A stretch of DNA of 64,000 nucleotides from Prorocentrum cordatum (Eukaryota), in NCBI GenBank assembly GCA_963575745.1, contig CAUYUJ010000114.1, forward strand, positions 372,001 through 436,000, given 5' to 3'. The notes beneath the pieces are model-generated. The model was given only the letters and a program-made list of their open reading frames with translations, was not told the DNA's origin and did no database searches. Shown here in pieces: positions 61,336-64,000 of the stretch (its first letter is position 1; each line of letters opens with the position of its first letter). Made by a program: the position numbers and the translations under genes.

Positions 61336-61525
61336 TGTGAGATCGATTGTGATATCGATAGTGGGATCGATAGTGAGACCGAATGTGAGATCGATTGTGA
61401 GATCGATAGTGAGATCGATAGTGGGATCGATTGTGAGATCGATAGTCAGATCGATTGTGAGATCGATCAAATGAAATAGATCGAGTGGGATCGATTGTGA
61501 GATCGATCGGGAGAGATCGATCGAG
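61335..61525 (+). repeat. 12-bp minisatellite GTGAGATCGAT(T/A)
   Basis: About 14 near-perfect copies; a related reverse-strand tract lies at about 7940-8025. Confidence 0.9.
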
Positions 61526-62695
61526 CGAGGCCGCTAGTGAGATCGATGACGTTGGTTCCTCCCCCTCCCCCGAACCTCCTTATCACCCGAAGGGTGGTAG
61601 TATAGGTAGCATGCAGTTGTTATTCGTCTGGGGAAACACATACCAACCCCGCTTCCCTTCCTTCGCCGCCACGGCTGGATTCGCGTCGAAATGCTGGTGA
61701 AAACGCACCCGTGCAGAAATTCGGGGAGTCGCGGTATCCGTATCTTTTGGTTCTCCGAAGGGACAAGGAGGGAAGGGGGTAAGGATGGGGGGAGGGGAGG
61801 GGGAGGGAGGAGGAAGAGGAGGAGGAGGAGGAGGAGGAGGAGGAGGAGGAGTAGGAGGAGGAGGAGGAGGAGGAGGAGGAGGAGGGTGAGGAAGGGGATG
61901 CGAGCAGGATCGCGAGGAGGTTCCTCATTGTCCTCCTCCTCCTCCTCCTGCTCCTCCTGTTCTTCCTCGTGTTCCTCGCAGCCCTTCATCCTCGTGCTCC
62001 TGTCCTGTGCAGCAGCTTCCGAGGCTCGTTTTGCGGACCGTCTTGGGGCCCACCTAGCGGATTTGTTCTGATCAAGTGTGACTCTTGCTCGACCCAGGTT
62101 CGTTTGAGGTTCGGCTCAAGTCGACTGATGTTCGACGCAGCGTCGACGCACGAGTGGAACGAGTCGCGAAGTTCCCCAGAACGAGCATTAAGTCGGGCCT
62201 GTACCTCTACAGGAGGAATCTGCAAACATAGTTTTAAAACAAGTCTGGGGGCGCTTTTTTTTGCTTTGAGTATATTTGAACAATTTTTGAATATGTTCTG
62301 ACCATTATTGATGTTTCCTCGAGAATTCCCCTGTCTGGGGACAGGCCCGACTTCATGACAGGGGGGGGGGCTGGCCCAGGGAGGGAAGCACCGACCCCCA
62401 GTCGCCCGTTCCTCGCTCATTGGGGTCCGGGCGCCCTTTTCCCGCCCAGGAGCGTGCGGATCTGCTGCCCCCTTTGGCCCGTCGCCGCTCCCGTGGGCGA
62501 CGTGCTCGTCGCGCCCAGGTCACGAGGCCCCGGCCCCCGGAGCCGGTGCCCCCCGATGCCGCTCCCCTTCCGGACAGGGAAAGCACACACAGGCACAATT
62601 AATCCTCGATTCCCCCAGAAAATATAGGAAAATATGGGAAGTGGGTGGGAAGACAGAAATCCAAACAATATGGGAAAGCATGGGGAATCTTTCTA

Positions 62696-64000
62696 TTTCC
62701 CCACATCCAAAGTGGGGTTCTTGTTTTCTCTGCACACCCCGCGCAGGAACACTCACCCCACCCCCTCTCCTCTTCTGCCTCATCATGCGGATGAGAATTC
62801 CGTCGTCACTTTTGGGCTCCTGGGGCGTGAATTTGGAGGAAGTATCAGGCGGGAGCGTCGTCTGTGAGTGAATTGCGAGGAAGTCTCAGGCGGGAGCCCC
62901 CTCCCTATGGGTCCCGCACTTCATGTTGGTAATCCGAGGCGGGTCATCGGAACCTTGTAACTGTCGTCACTTTTGGGCTCCTGGGGCTTGGAGGAAGTAT
63001 GGGCTGCCTGGGGCGTGTCCGAGGCGGGTCAGGAATCAAGCGGGAGCGTCGTCTGTGAGTGAATTGCGAGGAAGTCTCAGGCGGGAGCCCCTCCCTATGG
63101 GGCCCGCACTTCATGTTGGTAATCCGAGGCGGGTCATCGGAACCCTGTAACTGTCGTCACTTTTGGGCTCCTGGGGCGTGAATATGGAGGAAGTATCAAG
63201 CGGGAGCGTCGTCTGTGAGTGAATTGCGAGGAAGTCTCAGGCGGGAGCCCCCTCCCTATGGGGCCCGCACTTCATGTTGGTAATCCGAGGCGGGTCATCG
63301 GAACCCTGTAACTGTCGTCACTTTTGGGCTCCTGGGGCGTGAATATGGAGGAAGTATCAAGCGGGAGCGTCGTCTGTGAGTGAATTGCGAGGAAGTCTCA
63401 GGCGGGAGCCCCTCCCTATGGGGCCCGCACTTCATGTTGGTAATCCGAGGCGGGTCATCGGAACCCTGTAACTGTCGTCACTTTTGGGCTCCTGGGGCGT
63501 GAATATGGAGGAAGTATCAAGCGGGAGCCTCGTCTGTGAGTGAATTGCGAGGAAGTCTCAGGCGGGAGCCCCCTCCCTATGGGGCCCGCACTTCATGTTG
63601 GTAATCCGAGCGGGTCATCGGAACCCTGTAACTGTCGTCACTTTTGGGCTCCTGGGGCGTGAATATGGAGGAAGTATCAAGCGGGAGCGTCGTCTGTGAG
63701 TGAATTGCGAGGAAGTCTCAGGCGGGAGCCCCCTCCCTATGGGGCCCGCACTTCATGTTGGTAATCCGAGGCGGGTCATCGGAACCCTGTAACTGTTGTA
63801 CTTTTGGGCTCCTGGGGCGTGAATATGGAAGAAGTATTCAGCGGGAGCGCCGTCTGTGAGTGAATTGCGAGGAAGTCTCAGGCGGGAGCCTCTCCCTATG
63901 GGGCCCGCACTTCATGTTGGTAATCCGAGGCGGGTCATCGGAACCCTGTAACTGTCGTCACTTTTGGGCTCCTGGGGCGTGAATATGGAAGAAGTATTCA
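62696..64000 (+). mobile_element. Hairpin-ended, satellite-bearing element (putative Helitron2/Helentron-like), left part
   Basis: Starts TTT-CCCCACATCCAAAGTGGGG-TTCTTGTTTTCTCTGCACACCCCGCGCAGGA, near-identical to the reverse complement of 45749-45804. It interrupts a family-D element right after TATTT. Confidence 0.65.
62805..64000 (+). repeat. 160-bp tandem satellite, 7 or more units, running off the window end
   Basis: CTTTTGGGCTCCTGGGGCGTGAAT recurs at about 63160, 63321, 63481, 63641, 63801 and 63961; the units are nearly identical. Confidence 0.97.

Noticed and set aside
62805..64000. CRISPR-like regular array (also 44710-45520, 22865-23420 and 55495-57615)
   Set aside because: Whole units repeat with no unique spacers, there are no cas genes, and the context is eukaryotic.

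Overview
This is GC-rich eukaryotic genomic DNA, not prokaryotic, and no rRNA, tRNA or CRISPR array is seen. It is most consistent with a large dinoflagellate genome (Prorocentrum-like), judging from (CCT/GGA)n and (GAT)n tracts, AG|G acceptors with GA/GC-type donors, and the retroelement types; this assignment is an inference. Almost all ORFs in the supplied track are artefacts of simple repeats. Host coding is limited to an isolated SMC4 micro-exon (2385-2448), an NMNAT/nucleotidyltransferase-like exon pair split by a TIR element (31438-32272), and a decayed alpha-tubulin fragment (54735-55120). Mobile coding comprises a LINE zinc-finger/RNase H remnant (15120-15600), a decayed tyrosine-recombinase (DIRS-like) retroelement with gag, RT, RNase H, YR and a methyltransferase-like tail (36400-41030), and a Pif1-like helicase C-terminus (44227-44709). 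The rest is a dense, nested mosaic of about ten MITE-like families and several satellites. The most interesting structures are (i) hairpin-ended, satellite-carrying elements, one joined to the Pif1 helicase (a putative Helitron2/Helentron-like system), (ii) a stack of three (AAC)n-bounded elements, (iii) introner-like TIR insertions in coding sequence, and (iv) a T>C/A>G bias in pseudogene decay. All protein assignments come from motif recognition by eye; no database search was run.
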